Below, one piece after another: positions 8,579-16,727 of a stretch of 64,000 nucleotides of DNA. Source of the DNA: a virus; IMG/VR virus record IMGVR_UViG_3300035183_001040, positions 1 to 64,000 of that record, one strand, 5' to 3'. The notes beneath the pieces were generated by a model. It saw nothing but the letters and a program-made list of their open reading frames with translations. It did no database searches and had not been told where the DNA came from. Position 1 is the first letter of the stretch, and each line of letters starts with the position of its first letter. Both the position numbers and the translations under genes were made by a program.

Positions 8579-9525
8579 GGCTTCTCCTCCTTCCACCGGC
8601 GCAGGCACACTTCGAGCGCGCGCCGGCAAAACTCGTGCGGTTCGCTGTTTCGGTAGCCCTTGTGCTGCCGCACCTGCATCGTGCGGCGGTCCAGCTCCGC
8701 GGTGGACCGGTACACGCCATCTCGCGCACGAACGCAAATCGACACGATCACGCTTCGCTGCGAACGGATATACTGCGAGTAGCTGCCCACGCAGTGCTGC
8801 ATGTCCTTGCCTTCGGCAATGAGTTCGGCCGCGCTCATGAGCAACCGAGCGCATCGGATCGGCCGATACCAGGCCGGCACCGGTGCGAGCGGCTCGTGCT
8901 TCTTCTCGTTTTCCTTCTGCCACTGCTCATATCGGCGCCGCGCCGCGTGCTCGAACGCCTCGCGCACTCCGGTCTTCTCGCCGCGCACGAGGTCATGGCG
9001 AGAGATTTCGTCGACGCGATCGATGAGCCGGCCGTGGATCTCCTCTCCGTGCGGGCCTCGCTCAACCCGCTCGGTCTCCAGCGCCGCCTTGCGCTGTGAG
9101 TCCTTGGCGCACGCCGCGAGCCACCGAGCGACCTCAGGGCCGCGCACTCGCGCGCGCTCCCACGGAGTATCACGGAGCAGCCACGCCTCTGCCGATACCA
9201 CACCGGCGGTGAGCGCCTCGTGCGCCTCGCGCGCCGTGAGCCCGCGCAGAATCTGTGTCGGCTTTTCTCCGAGCACGATCCGAGCTTGGATTCCCTCGGG
9301 CGCGTTCGGGTACGCCGGGCACAGATCGATGCCCGGATCGTCGGAAAGAAACGGCAGCAGTTCTGGGTGCCGCCAGCCGAAGTGGATTGCGAGCGCGGTC
9401 TCCACCTTGGGCCGCACGTGCTCAGGCGCGCGGTCGAGCGTGCGGCACACGCGCTCCAGCGCCTTGGGCACGGGCAAGCCTCGCGACCGTAGGATATCCC
9501 GCGCCTCATGCGGAGTCATCGCCAC
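8575..9525 (-). CDS. PcfJ-like domain protein
   Basis: C-terminal ELIAEGKDMQHCVGSY...TAEL...QHKGYRN. Confidence 0.75.
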   Translation of the reverse strand: MAMTPHEARDILRSRGLPVPKALERVCRTLDRAPEHVRPKVETALAIHFGWRHPELLPFLSDDPGIDLCPAYPNAPEGIQARIVLGEKPTQILRGLTAREAHEALTAGVVSAEAWLLRDTPWERARVRGPEVARWLAACAKDSQRKAALETERVERGPHGEEIHGRLIDRVDEISRHDLVRGEKTGVREAFEHAARRRYEQWQKENEKKHEPLAPVPAWYRPIRCARLLMSAAELIAEGKDMQHCVGSYSQYIRSQRSVIVSICVRARDGVYRSTAELDRRTMQVRQHKGYRNSEPHEFCRRALEVCLRRWKEEKP

Positions 9526-10301
9526 CTCCCGTTTTCGAGGCGTTCGACCACGAGCGCCGTTCCGCGACCGTTGCGCACGCGCACGGTCGGCGAGAGGTAG
9601 AGGTAGCCAGGCTCGGTGAGCGCCTGGACCTCCGGCCGGAGAATCTCACGCGATGCACAGATTCTGTGCTCACTTGTGGTGACCCAGTACGCCTTTTGCG
9701 CGTACGAACTCGGCAGCCCAACCTCGGACGGCCGGCACCGGTCCGTGCTGCTGTACGCACCCTCGCATCCAACATCCACGACACCTAAGACCACGGTATG
9801 GCCGTGCGTTGCCCCGCGCAGGCGCGCGCGCGAGTACGCCTCCCGTGCCCGGCGCTCGATGACCACGCGCTCGGCGTGCCTCGGCTTGCGCGCCGCGAGT
9901 TCGTCTCGGAGTTTGCGGCGGCGCGCGCGCTCGGCTCGCCTGGCGTCGACCTCCAGGCACTCGTCCGGTGCAAGCGCGCGCGCGATCTCGACACGTTCCC
10001 ACGTGCGCTCCGTTTCGGCGGAGGTTGCGTACCTGCGCGCCGCCATCGCCCGCCGCGCCCGGTGGTCGGTCGGGCACAGGAGGTAGCCGATCATCTCCTC
10101 GGAGGAGCCCCAGCGTCGCACGGCGCGTGCCAGCCGCGCCTCGTCCAGGCGCGCTTCGTCCGCGAGACCGAGCCGCACTTCGAGCTCGGCAAGGTCGACG
10201 TCGCTTACCGCCGCCCTCCGCTCCAACTCCGCGCGCCCACGGAAGCGGGTGCGCACGAGCCGACACAATGCCAGTCGTGTTTTGTGGTCGAGCATGTTCA
10301 A
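9516..10301 (-). CDS. Hypothetical Arg-rich protein
   Basis: 261-aa ORF tiling the operon. Confidence 0.55.
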   Translation of the reverse strand: MNMLDHKTRLALCRLVRTRFRGRAELERRAAVSDVDLAELEVRLGLADEARLDEARLARAVRRWGSSEEMIGYLLCPTDHRARRAMAARRYATSAETERTWERVEIARALAPDECLEVDARRAERARRRKLRDELAARKPRHAERVVIERRAREAYSRARLRGATHGHTVVLGVVDVGCEGAYSSTDRCRPSEVGLPSSYAQKAYWVTTSEHRICASREILRPEVQALTEPGYLYLSPTVRVRNGRGTALVVERLENGRWR

Positions 10302-10471
10302 CCTGACGCGGGCCTCGGCCGCCCGGAGCTACTGACCTCGACCGCCCGGAACTGCCATTCTGGCTCCGGGTGCGCAACGCGGATGACGCGCACCGCATCA
10401 CGCTCGTTCTTCGCGACGACCTGGCCGACCCAGGTCGTCGTTCGGGTGTGGAACACGTCGTACAGCTTCAT
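10298..10471 (-). CDS. Small hypothetical protein (57 aa, not in ORF track)
   Basis: Own translation MKLYDVFHTRTTTWVGQVVAKNERDAVRVIR...; GGAGG RBS; stop overlaps next start. Confidence 0.55.
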   Translation of the reverse strand: MKLYDVFHTRTTTWVGQVVAKNERDAVRVIRVAHPEPEWQFRAVEVSSSGRPRPASG

Positions 10472-10477
10472 GTTCGC

Positions 10478-10528
10478 TTCCTCCCCGCTGCGGCCGAACC
10501 GACAAGCTCGGCCGCAGTACGGGAGGAA
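10478..10528 (-). repeat. Early-arm hairpin element, covariant copy
   Basis: TTCCTCCC-CG-CTGCGGCCGA...TCGGCCGCAG-TAC-GGGAGGAA (plus-strand reading). Confidence 0.75.
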
Positions 10529-10537
10529 CCGAACGCC

Positions 10538-11011
10538 TCAGGCCGACGGGATGGTGACGGCTGCGAGCGGCAGGAAGAGCCGAATGCCGTTCGCCTCGAA
10601 CACCCCCCTCTTCCCCACGACCTGGACCACCTTGAGGTGGTCCAACGCTGCGTCGTCGAGCACAGCGGTGTACGCCGCCTTGCGCTTCGGCTTCATGGCA
10701 ACGACGTCGCCGGGCTTCAAGCTGGAAAGCTTGCCCTCGCTCTTCGGCTTCCAGTCGGCCGGAAGCCGATCGATGACCTCCCGCGCCTGCTGGATGCGGA
10801 AGAGGATGCCGTTGATATCGAGCGCGTCGGCGATGCCGCCGACGCCGTCGAGGCGACGCGAGAGCCGGGTGGCTTGCTTGGCGAGCGCCGCGGCCATCCT
10901 GGCCACGCGCTCCTTCGGGGAGCGCTTCGCCGGCTTCGCCGGCTTCTCCGAAGCGACGATGGGCGGGGTCTGGGTGGTCTGGGTCTGGATTTTCTTGGCT
11001 TCCTTCTTCAT
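10538..11011 (-). CDS. Hypothetical Lys-rich protein with possible C-terminal SH3/KOW-like fold
   Basis: MKKEAKK start with GAGGA RBS; LKPGDVVAMK. Confidence 0.6.
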   Translation of the reverse strand: MKKEAKKIQTQTTQTPPIVASEKPAKPAKRSPKERVARMAAALAKQATRLSRRLDGVGGIADALDINGILFRIQQAREVIDRLPADWKPKSEGKLSSLKPGDVVAMKPKRKAAYTAVLDDAALDHLKVVQVVGKRGVFEANGIRLFLPLAAVTIPSA

Positions 11012-11049
11012 GATTTCCTCTCCTGCCCCGTAGGGCTTCAACGGGCCTT

Positions 11050-11098
11050 CATCGGCTCCCTCCTGCACCCGAACTCGCGCTCGGGTGCAGGGTGGGAG
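11050..11098 (-). repeat. Early-arm hairpin element
   Basis: CATCGGCTCCC-TC-CTGCACCCGA-loop-TCGGGTGCAG-GGT-GGGAG (plus-strand reading). Confidence 0.85.
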
Positions 11099-11107
11099 AC
11101 GTCGAGG

Positions 11108-11395
11108 TCAGTCGCCCAGCGGCTCGGCGTAAGGCTCGCTGCAGTCCATGATCTCCCCGTCCTCGGAGATCGCGAAACAGTGCTTCTTGCCGGGCTCTGC
11201 GTTGACCGTCTCCATCAACAACCCCTCAGGGGTGAAGAGGATGGTGACCCCCATCCCATGCTGAACGGCATAGGCCGCGAGCCGGAACCATTGCGACCAC
11301 ACCGCGCGATGCGCAGCTACGGGCGCATGCCACAGCCTCCCGTTTGGGAGGACCTCACACCATTCCGGGGCTTTCATCTGCTCCATGACATTCAT
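11108..11395 (-). CDS. Hypothetical protein
   Basis: MNVMEQ start with GAGGAG RBS. Confidence 0.6.
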   Translation of the reverse strand: MNVMEQMKAPEWCEVLPNGRLWHAPVAAHRAVWSQWFRLAAYAVQHGMGVTILFTPEGLLMETVNAEPGKKHCFAISEDGEIMDCSEPYAEPLGD

Positions 11396-11434
11396 CTGCT
11401 TCTCCTCTCTTGGCCGCTTCGGCCGCGTAAGCCT

Positions 11435-11489
11435 CATCGGCTCCCTCCTGCACCCGAGCAGGTCTCGGGTGCAGGGTGGGAATCGACGA
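11435..11489 (-). repeat. Early-arm hairpin element
   Basis: Same arms as 11050-11098 with a different loop. Confidence 0.85.
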
Positions 11490-11495
11490 TGGTGA

Positions 11496-11678
11496 CTAGG
11501 CGCTCTGGGCCTCCAAAGCCTTGCGAGCCATGGCCTGCAACTCGGGGTCGGGGCTCTGGAGCAACTCCGCGAGCGACTGTCGCGCCAAGCGCGCCATCGG
11601 TCCCTTCTTCTTGGAGAGCTGGACGAGCTCGCTCAATCCCAACCGCTCGACCTTCAGCATCATGAGCTTTTCCTTCAT
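11496..11678 (-). CDS. Small helical hypothetical protein
   Basis: 60 aa, AGGAG RBS. Confidence 0.6.
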   Translation of the reverse strand: MKEKLMMLKVERLGLSELVQLSKKKGPMARLARQSLAELLQSPDPELQAMARKALEAQSA

Positions 11679-11690
11679 CTTCTTCTCCTC

Positions 11691-11876
11691 CTACTCTTCT
11701 TCCTCTTCCTCGCCGCTTTCGGCGGCGAGGGTATCGATGTCGAGCGCTCCGAGCTGCGCCCGGAGCACCGCGACCTCCATCGAGAGGTCGCGGCGCTCCC
11801 GCGCGGGCGTCCGCGCGTCGTACAGCCGCGCGGTGAGCGCGGCGAGTTCATTCCGAAGTTCAGCAGCGCGCTTCAT
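11691..11876 (-). CDS. Small coiled-coil protein with acidic tail
   Basis: MKRAAELRNEL...GEEEEEE; ATGA overlap. Confidence 0.6.
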   Translation of the reverse strand: MKRAAELRNELAALTARLYDARTPARERRDLSMEVAVLRAQLGALDIDTLAAESGEEEEEE

Positions 11877-12130
11877 CGTCGCACCGCCAAGTCGACGATC
11901 CACGAGTTCGCGCGGTCGAGTTCGTTGATCGCCGAAGAAGCGGCCCACGCCGCCACCCGGCAGATCTTGCCGGGCAGCTCGATGACCGTTCTGGCGTCGG
12001 CAGCTGCTTCGGCTTGCTGGAGCTCGGCGCGCGCCTCGCGCGCCGCGTTTTCGAGATCCTCCACCGCCCTTCGGGCGGAGGAGAGAACTTCCTGGAGCGC
12101 AAAGGGCGCCAACATGTCCTTCTCGCTCAT
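11873..12130 (-). CDS. Hypothetical coiled-coil protein
   Basis: 85 aa, GGAGG RBS, coupled. Confidence 0.6.
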   Translation of the reverse strand: MSEKDMLAPFALQEVLSSARRAVEDLENAAREARAELQQAEAAADARTVIELPGKICRVAAWAASSAINELDRANSWIVDLAVRR

Positions 12131-12378
12131 CGCGCCCTCCTTTCCGCGCGCAGCGCCTTGCGCGCCTTGCGAGCCTCACGTGCGAGCTCGCGCGCGAGCT
12201 CGACCAGATCGGCCAGCTCGTTTTCGGCTTTGACGATCTCGCTCTCGCTGTCGCCCTCGTCACCAATGGCCGCGTCGATTCGGCCATAGACGCTGTCGAC
12301 GACTTCCTCGATTATGCCCTTGAGGCCTTGGAGCGCTTCAAGGGCTTCGCTCAAGTCCATCTTTTCCATCTTCGTCAT
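12127..12378 (-). CDS. Hypothetical coiled-coil protein, first gene of leftward arm
   Basis: 83-aa helical ORF. Confidence 0.6.
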   Translation of the reverse strand: MTKMEKMDLSEALEALQGLKGIIEEVVDSVYGRIDAAIGDEGDSESEIVKAENELADLVELARELAREARKARKALRAERRAR

Positions 12379-12463
12379 CCCCTTTCATCGAGCGTTGTCA
12401 CGGATGAGGCGCTCGCGCGCTTCGTTCGCTCATCACCTTCGTCGTCTTCATACCCCCCATTAT

Positions 12464-12479
12464 TGCACACGACATGCCA
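12464..12479 (-). promoter_or_regulatory. Putative sigma54 (-24/-12) promoter, leftward
   Basis: TGGCATGTCGTGTGCA: GG-N10-GC with TGGCA and TGCA contexts, ~85 nt upstream of the first leftward gene. Confidence 0.6.
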
Positions 12480-12525
12480 CGACGGCATGCTAGCTAACCA
12501 TGCGAAATCATTAGGTGCGCACTAT

Positions 12526-12555
12526 GCATGGTATGACATTCATGTCATACCATGC
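12526..12555. repeat. 30-bp palindrome GCATGGTATGACAT-TC-ATGTCATACCATGC, copy 1
   Basis: Perfect 14-bp arms. Confidence 0.95.
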
Positions 12556-12615
12556 GCGCCATGCGTACCATGCGCGTAGCGTAACCACGCGTATTCTTTG
12601 GTTTTTTGCGTATTC

Positions 12616-12647
12616 TGCATGGTATGACATTCATGTCATACCATGCA
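12616..12647. repeat. Same palindrome, copy 2 (15-bp arms)
   Basis: Identical 30-bp core, 91 bp from copy 1. Confidence 0.95.
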
Positions 12648-12669
12648 ACCTTTGCATAGCTTGCGCGCT

Positions 12670-12685
12670 TGGCACGGTACGTGCT
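12670..12685 (+). promoter_or_regulatory. Putative sigma54 (-24/-12) promoter, rightward
   Basis: TGGCACGGTACGTGCT: TGGCACG and GG-N10-GC. Confidence 0.65.
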
Positions 12686-12795
12686 ACGCGCGCGCATGCG
12701 CGTGGTAAGTGTTGTGCGCGTGCATGGCGCACCATGCGCGCACGGTTCTTGCATGCGTGCTAGGCATATCGCGCACGTCACGCATGCAAGGACCC

Positions 12796-13353
12796 ATGAC
12801 CACGCCCGCTGCTGAGTTCCACGCCGTCGCCTTGAACACCGCCCGCAAGAACGCCGCCGTCGTCGCGCGCCGCTACGCTCGCCGGTGCTGGTGGGCTAGC
12901 CGCGAAGACCTGGAGCAGGAGGCACTTGCGGCGCAGCTCGACTGCTTGCCACGCTACGACCCGGCGCAAGGCCCGTGGGAGCGGTTTGCCTTCGCCGCGG
13001 CCAGGCGCGCCGTGGTTACCGCGCTCCTTCGCGAGAGCGCGCCTGTGAGCTGCCTCGGCCGGCCCGCGAAGCTGGTCGGCCTGCTTCGCGCTCCGCTCGA
13101 CCCCGAAGCGCACACCCTAACGGTACCCGTGGATGCGGCGATCGACCTTTGCCGCGCTCGCGAGCGCGTGGTCGAGCTGTTAGGCGAACGCGACGCAGAC
13201 TTGATCCTTGGCGTGATGGCAGGCTGGAAACCGGCAGAAATCGCAGAATACAACCGCGTACCAGTGCACGCCGTGTATACTCGGCTTGCCGCGATTAGGC
13301 GTCGCCTGGAAGGAGACTCCGAACTTCACCACTTCTGGAAGGAGCTATCGTGA
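12796..13353 (+). CDS. Sigma70-family RNA polymerase sigma factor (regions 2 and 4)
   Basis: EDLEQEA...RYDP...FA (region 2) and LGERDADLI...GWKPAEIAE...VYTRLAAIRRRL (region 4). Confidence 0.8.
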   Translation: MTTPAAEFHAVALNTARKNAAVVARRYARRCWWASREDLEQEALAAQLDCLPRYDPAQGPWERFAFAAARRAVVTALLRESAPVSCLGRPAKLVGLLRAPLDPEAHTLTVPVDAAIDLCRARERVVELLGERDADLILGVMAGWKPAEIAEYNRVPVHAVYTRLAAIRRRLEGDSELHHFWKELS

Positions 13354-14009
13354 AAACCCCTGAATCCATCGGTGAGCCCGTTCTTCTCGACCTCGACCGA
13401 ATCGTTCCCGTCTACGCCTCGGCAGACGAGAACCCGAACAAGATGGAACCCGAGCGCTTCGACCTGCTCGTTCAGGCCGTCGAGCGGTACGGGTTCTTGC
13501 AGGCCGTGCTCGTTCGGAAGTTCGGCAGCGCTGGCGGCAAACCGCGCTACCAGCTCATCGACGGCCATCACCGCTACTGGGCGATGCAAAAGGCCAGGCG
13601 CACGCAGCTTCTTGCGCAGATTGCCGACGTAGACGACGTGCAGGCTCGTGCTCTCAGCCTCGCCATGAACCGCCTGCGAGGAGACCTCGACCTGCGCATG
13701 TCAGCAGAAGCCATCCAAAGCATCGTCGAGATTACCGGCTGGGACATCGAAACGGTCACCGTTTCGACCGGATTCACGGCGGAAGAAATCGACGCGCTCT
13801 TGCAGAAAACCGCCCTGAACGCGCAAGACATTCTCGGCGAGAGCCTGGGCGAGGCCGAAGATGAGCGCGCGCCAGCAGCGCCGTTCGTGCTGGAGATTCC
13901 GTTTGCTGACCGTGAATCGTACAGGCTCGCGAAGCGCAAGCTCAAGAAGGCTGCTGGAAAGGGCGGCGACCTCGCCCGCGGCCTTCTCAACCTTCTCGGA
14001 GAGGTGTAG
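13350..14009 (+). CDS. ParB/Srx N-terminal domain protein
   Basis: NPNKM, YGFLQAVLVR, LIDGHHRY, MNRLRG. Confidence 0.85.
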   Translation: MKTPESIGEPVLLDLDRIVPVYASADENPNKMEPERFDLLVQAVERYGFLQAVLVRKFGSAGGKPRYQLIDGHHRYWAMQKARRTQLLAQIADVDDVQARALSLAMNRLRGDLDLRMSAEAIQSIVEITGWDIETVTVSTGFTAEEIDALLQKTALNAQDILGESLGEAEDERAPAAPFVLEIPFADRESYRLAKRKLKKAAGKGGDLARGLLNLLGEV

Positions 14010-14012
14010 GCG

Positions 14013-14309
14013 ATGAGCAACGAAAAGGCAGCCGGTGGCAGCAGCATCCAGGAAAAGATGCGCGCAGTTGGCTACATCACGGTTTACGAGGCGGCAAAGC
14101 GAATCGGCTGCGACGCAGCCACGATCATGCGCTGGGCAGATTCGGGCGACATCCGCTCGATTCGTGCGATGGAGCGGAAGCGCTTCGTCGCCGTCAGCGA
14201 CCTTGCGCTGAAGGTAGGGTTGGAAGCTTCGGTCATGATCGGGCTCATCACCGCTGAGCAAGCCAAGCAGCTTCGCGATCGCAGGGCAGCGTCGTCGGGT
14301 GCCAAGTGA
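14013..14309 (+). CDS. Excisionase-like (HTH_17) DNA-binding protein
   Basis: YITVYEAAKRIGCDAATIMRWADSGDI. Confidence 0.75.
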   Translation: MSNEKAAGGSSIQEKMRAVGYITVYEAAKRIGCDAATIMRWADSGDIRSIRAMERKRFVAVSDLALKVGLEASVMIGLITAEQAKQLRDRRAASSGAK

Positions 14310-15802
14310 TCGTCGAGCTCGGCAACCTGCACGCTCGCGTGATCCAGCACACGGCTCGGGAAACACGCTGGCTCAGCGACTACCTCGCCTTCCCCGATGA
14401 GAAGGCTCGGTTCCGCAAGCTTCCTCCGTGGAAGCGCGGCGATGGGATGCTTCGCATGCTCTCCGAGGCGACGATGACCTTTCCAGCCGGGTTTCGCGAC
14501 GCCGTCGCGAAGCAGGCAGCGGTAGACGGAATCAAGGTCGAGTGGGTGGATAAGCGCAAGCCTCCAGCGCAAGTCTCTCCAGACCCGAACGTCGATGTGA
14601 GCTGGCTCCGCGACTATCAGCTCGAAGCACTCCGGACGGGCAAAGAGCGGGGTGTTTTCCACCATGTGACAGGCGCGGGCAAGACCATGGTCATGGCGGC
14701 TCTTTGCGCTCAGTACAACCAGCTTCGCTGGGGTGTCTTCACGCATGACAAGACGCTACTGTCGCAGACCGCAGACCGCTTCGAGAAGCGCATCGGGGAA
14801 GAGGTCGGGTTCATTGGAGACGGCGCCGTTGCCCCGAAGCGTATCACGGCGGCGATGTTTCAGACCGCATACCGGCGTCTGCTGGCGCGCGACAAGAGGA
14901 TGCTCGACTGGCTCTGCAGTCTTGACGGCATCCTGGTCGACGAGTGCCACATCGTTCCCGCGGCGACGTTTTTGCACGTCGTGATGGCAACGCCGAACGC
15001 CTACTTTCGGTACGGCTTTTCCGCGACGCCGTTTGCCCGCGGGGACAAGAAGAGCATCTTTACCTGGGGCGCACTCGGCCCGGTGATCCATCGAGTCACC
15101 GCCCAGCGGCTCATCGATGCCGGGCTGCTCGCGAAGCCGAAAATCAAGATGGTCCCTGTGCGCCAGAAGTGCACGGGCAGCACGTGGGCCTCGGTGTACT
15201 CGGAGGCGATCGTGCGAAGCTCAGCTCGAAACTCTGTCCTCGTCTCGATTGCTCGCGTCGCGGCCAAGCCGTGCTTTCTGTTCGTGCAGCGAATCGAGCA
15301 CGGTAGGATTTTGGAGCGGGCGCTTCGAGCCGCAGGCGAAAAGGTGGAGTTCGTGTGGGGGCAGCACGAAACTGCACAGCGCAAAGCAGCCATCCGTCGC
15401 CTTGTGCACGGCGACACCGACATCCTCATCTGCAACGTCGTGTTCCAGCACGGCATCGACGTCCCGGAGCTCCAGTCCGTGATCATCGGCTCGGGAGGAA
15501 AGTCTGTGATTGCCGCGCTTCAGGATATCGGCCGAGGTACTCGCCGCCACGACAGCGCCGGGCGCGTGACCAAGACCGAGTTTGACGTGTGGGACATCGC
15601 GGACAAGGGCTGTGGCTGTGCGAGCCCTTCGAAACACCTCGGCTGCAAGTGGCTTGAGCGGCATACACGAGGCCGGCTCGCGGCCTACTCAATCGAGAAG
15701 TTCGACGTGGCAGAAGTTGCACAAGTTGTTGATAACCGGGTCAGGAGCATGCAAAATGATCGTCAGCAGGTTCATGGAACGCATGACGGACGTGCAGGTT
15801 GA
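14306..15802 (+). CDS. SF2 DExH helicase
   Basis: LRDYQ, TGAGKT, DECH, SATP, GIDVP, QDIGRGTR. Confidence 0.92.
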   Translation: MIVELGNLHARVIQHTARETRWLSDYLAFPDEKARFRKLPPWKRGDGMLRMLSEATMTFPAGFRDAVAKQAAVDGIKVEWVDKRKPPAQVSPDPNVDVSWLRDYQLEALRTGKERGVFHHVTGAGKTMVMAALCAQYNQLRWGVFTHDKTLLSQTADRFEKRIGEEVGFIGDGAVAPKRITAAMFQTAYRRLLARDKRMLDWLCSLDGILVDECHIVPAATFLHVVMATPNAYFRYGFSATPFARGDKKSIFTWGALGPVIHRVTAQRLIDAGLLAKPKIKMVPVRQKCTGSTWASVYSEAIVRSSARNSVLVSIARVAAKPCFLFVQRIEHGRILERALRAAGEKVEFVWGQHETAQRKAAIRRLVHGDTDILICNVVFQHGIDVPELQSVIIGSGGKSVIAALQDIGRGTRRHDSAGRVTKTEFDVWDIADKGCGCASPSKHLGCKWLERHTRGRLAAYSIEKFDVAEVAQVVDNRVRSMQNDRQQVHGTHDGRAG

Positions 15803-15962
15803 TGCCGTGGAGCGCGAGCTTCTGCGGCGCCTTTCGGATTCGCTACCGGTTTCCCCGGCCGAGGTGGCGGACTTCGCCGTTCGCATGCTCATTCTTGCGC
15901 TCGAAGAAATCCGAGTTCTTCGCGCCGAGAACGCCAAGCTTCGCCGCGCCGCAGCAGCGTGA
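15756..15962 (+). CDS. Small hypothetical protein
   Basis: AGGAG RBS; coiled-coil C-terminus. Confidence 0.5.
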   Translation: MIVSRFMERMTDVQVDAVERELLRRLSDSLPVSPAEVADFAVRMLILALEEIRVLRAENAKLRRAAAA

Positions 15963-15998
15963 AAAATCAGAGCAGGCCAAGGCAAACCGCATAAGGCT

Positions 15999-16727
15999 AT
16001 GCGTCAGGGGCACGTACAACTCCGGCTTGGAGGTAGCGGGCGTGGAGAACCTTTGCGCTGGGTGCAGGTACAGCGCCGATTCGCGAACCTGCTTCCTCCT
16101 GCGCCCACGCCCGATGTTATCCCGTGCGCGAAGCTTCCCCCTCCTCCTCTTCTTTCAGACGGGGCAAACCCAGCAGAAGACGTGCGACAGATGGCAGTTG
16201 CGTTCACCGAGGCTGCCAGGCGGTACTACCCGCACACGCGGGCACTCGCGCACATTCGCCCCAGAACGCCTTTGACCGTGGTTGTCGAACTTCCGTACTA
16301 CGCCGAGATGGCCGAGTTCGCGGGCAAACTGCGCACCTACAGGATTTCGCCCTTCGGCTGGTGCGCGTTCAGCGTCGAGGCGTGGGTAGAGCACGGAAGG
16401 CGCAGAATTTCTCCCTCGCCGAGGTGGGTCTTTTCTCTCAAACGGATCGAGTCCCGCGCTGACTGGTACGCGTGGGAGCAATCGAAGTGGGCAGGCGGCA
16501 GGCTGTACATGTCGCCTTCGCATCGCGACCTTTACCGGCTCTATGAGCAGATGCGGAGCGCGATCTTGCGCGAACCTGAGCTCGACGACGCAGTCGTGCA
16601 GCGCGTCGTGCAGCGTGTTCTCCCGCCTTCGCTCTACAGGAAGCTCGAAGCGCGTGCGAAGGCTGAGACAGAGTTCAAGCAGGCCGAGCTTGACGACGCG
16701 CTTAGGAGAGGAGAGTTCGTCTGGTGA
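15999..16727 (+). CDS. Hypothetical protein in replication module
   Basis: 242 aa, coupled (GTGA) to helicase. Confidence 0.6.
   Translation: MRQGHVQLRLGGSGRGEPLRWVQVQRRFANLLPPAPTPDVIPCAKLPPPPLLSDGANPAEDVRQMAVAFTEAARRYYPHTRALAHIRPRTPLTVVVELPYYAEMAEFAGKLRTYRISPFGWCAFSVEAWVEHGRRRISPSPRWVFSLKRIESRADWYAWEQSKWAGGRLYMSPSHRDLYRLYEQMRSAILREPELDDAVVQRVVQRVLPPSLYRKLEARAKAETEFKQAELDDALRRGEFVW

Noticed and set aside
11410-11442. Hammerhead-like core (CCGATGAGGC...GCCGAAG on the minus strand)
   Set aside because: Deviates from the CUGANGA/GAAA core, no stem III or cleavage triplet found, and the segment pairs within the long hairpin instead
126-12289. Many long plus-strand ORFs over the left arm (and likewise over 26-64 kb)
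   Set aside because: Antisense shadows typical of high-GC coding DNA; minus-strand genes tile the region with RBSs and overlapping start/stop codons
12494-12514. CTAA-N13-TTAG (CTAACCATGCGAAATCATTAG) as a sixth promoter-palindrome copy
   Set aside because: Same length and ends, but the inner arms do not pair and there is no TTGAC at the 17-nt position on either strand
14013-14309. Excisionase-like gene as evidence of an integrated prophage
   Set aside because: No integrase, att site or host flank in the window; the fold is a common phage regulator
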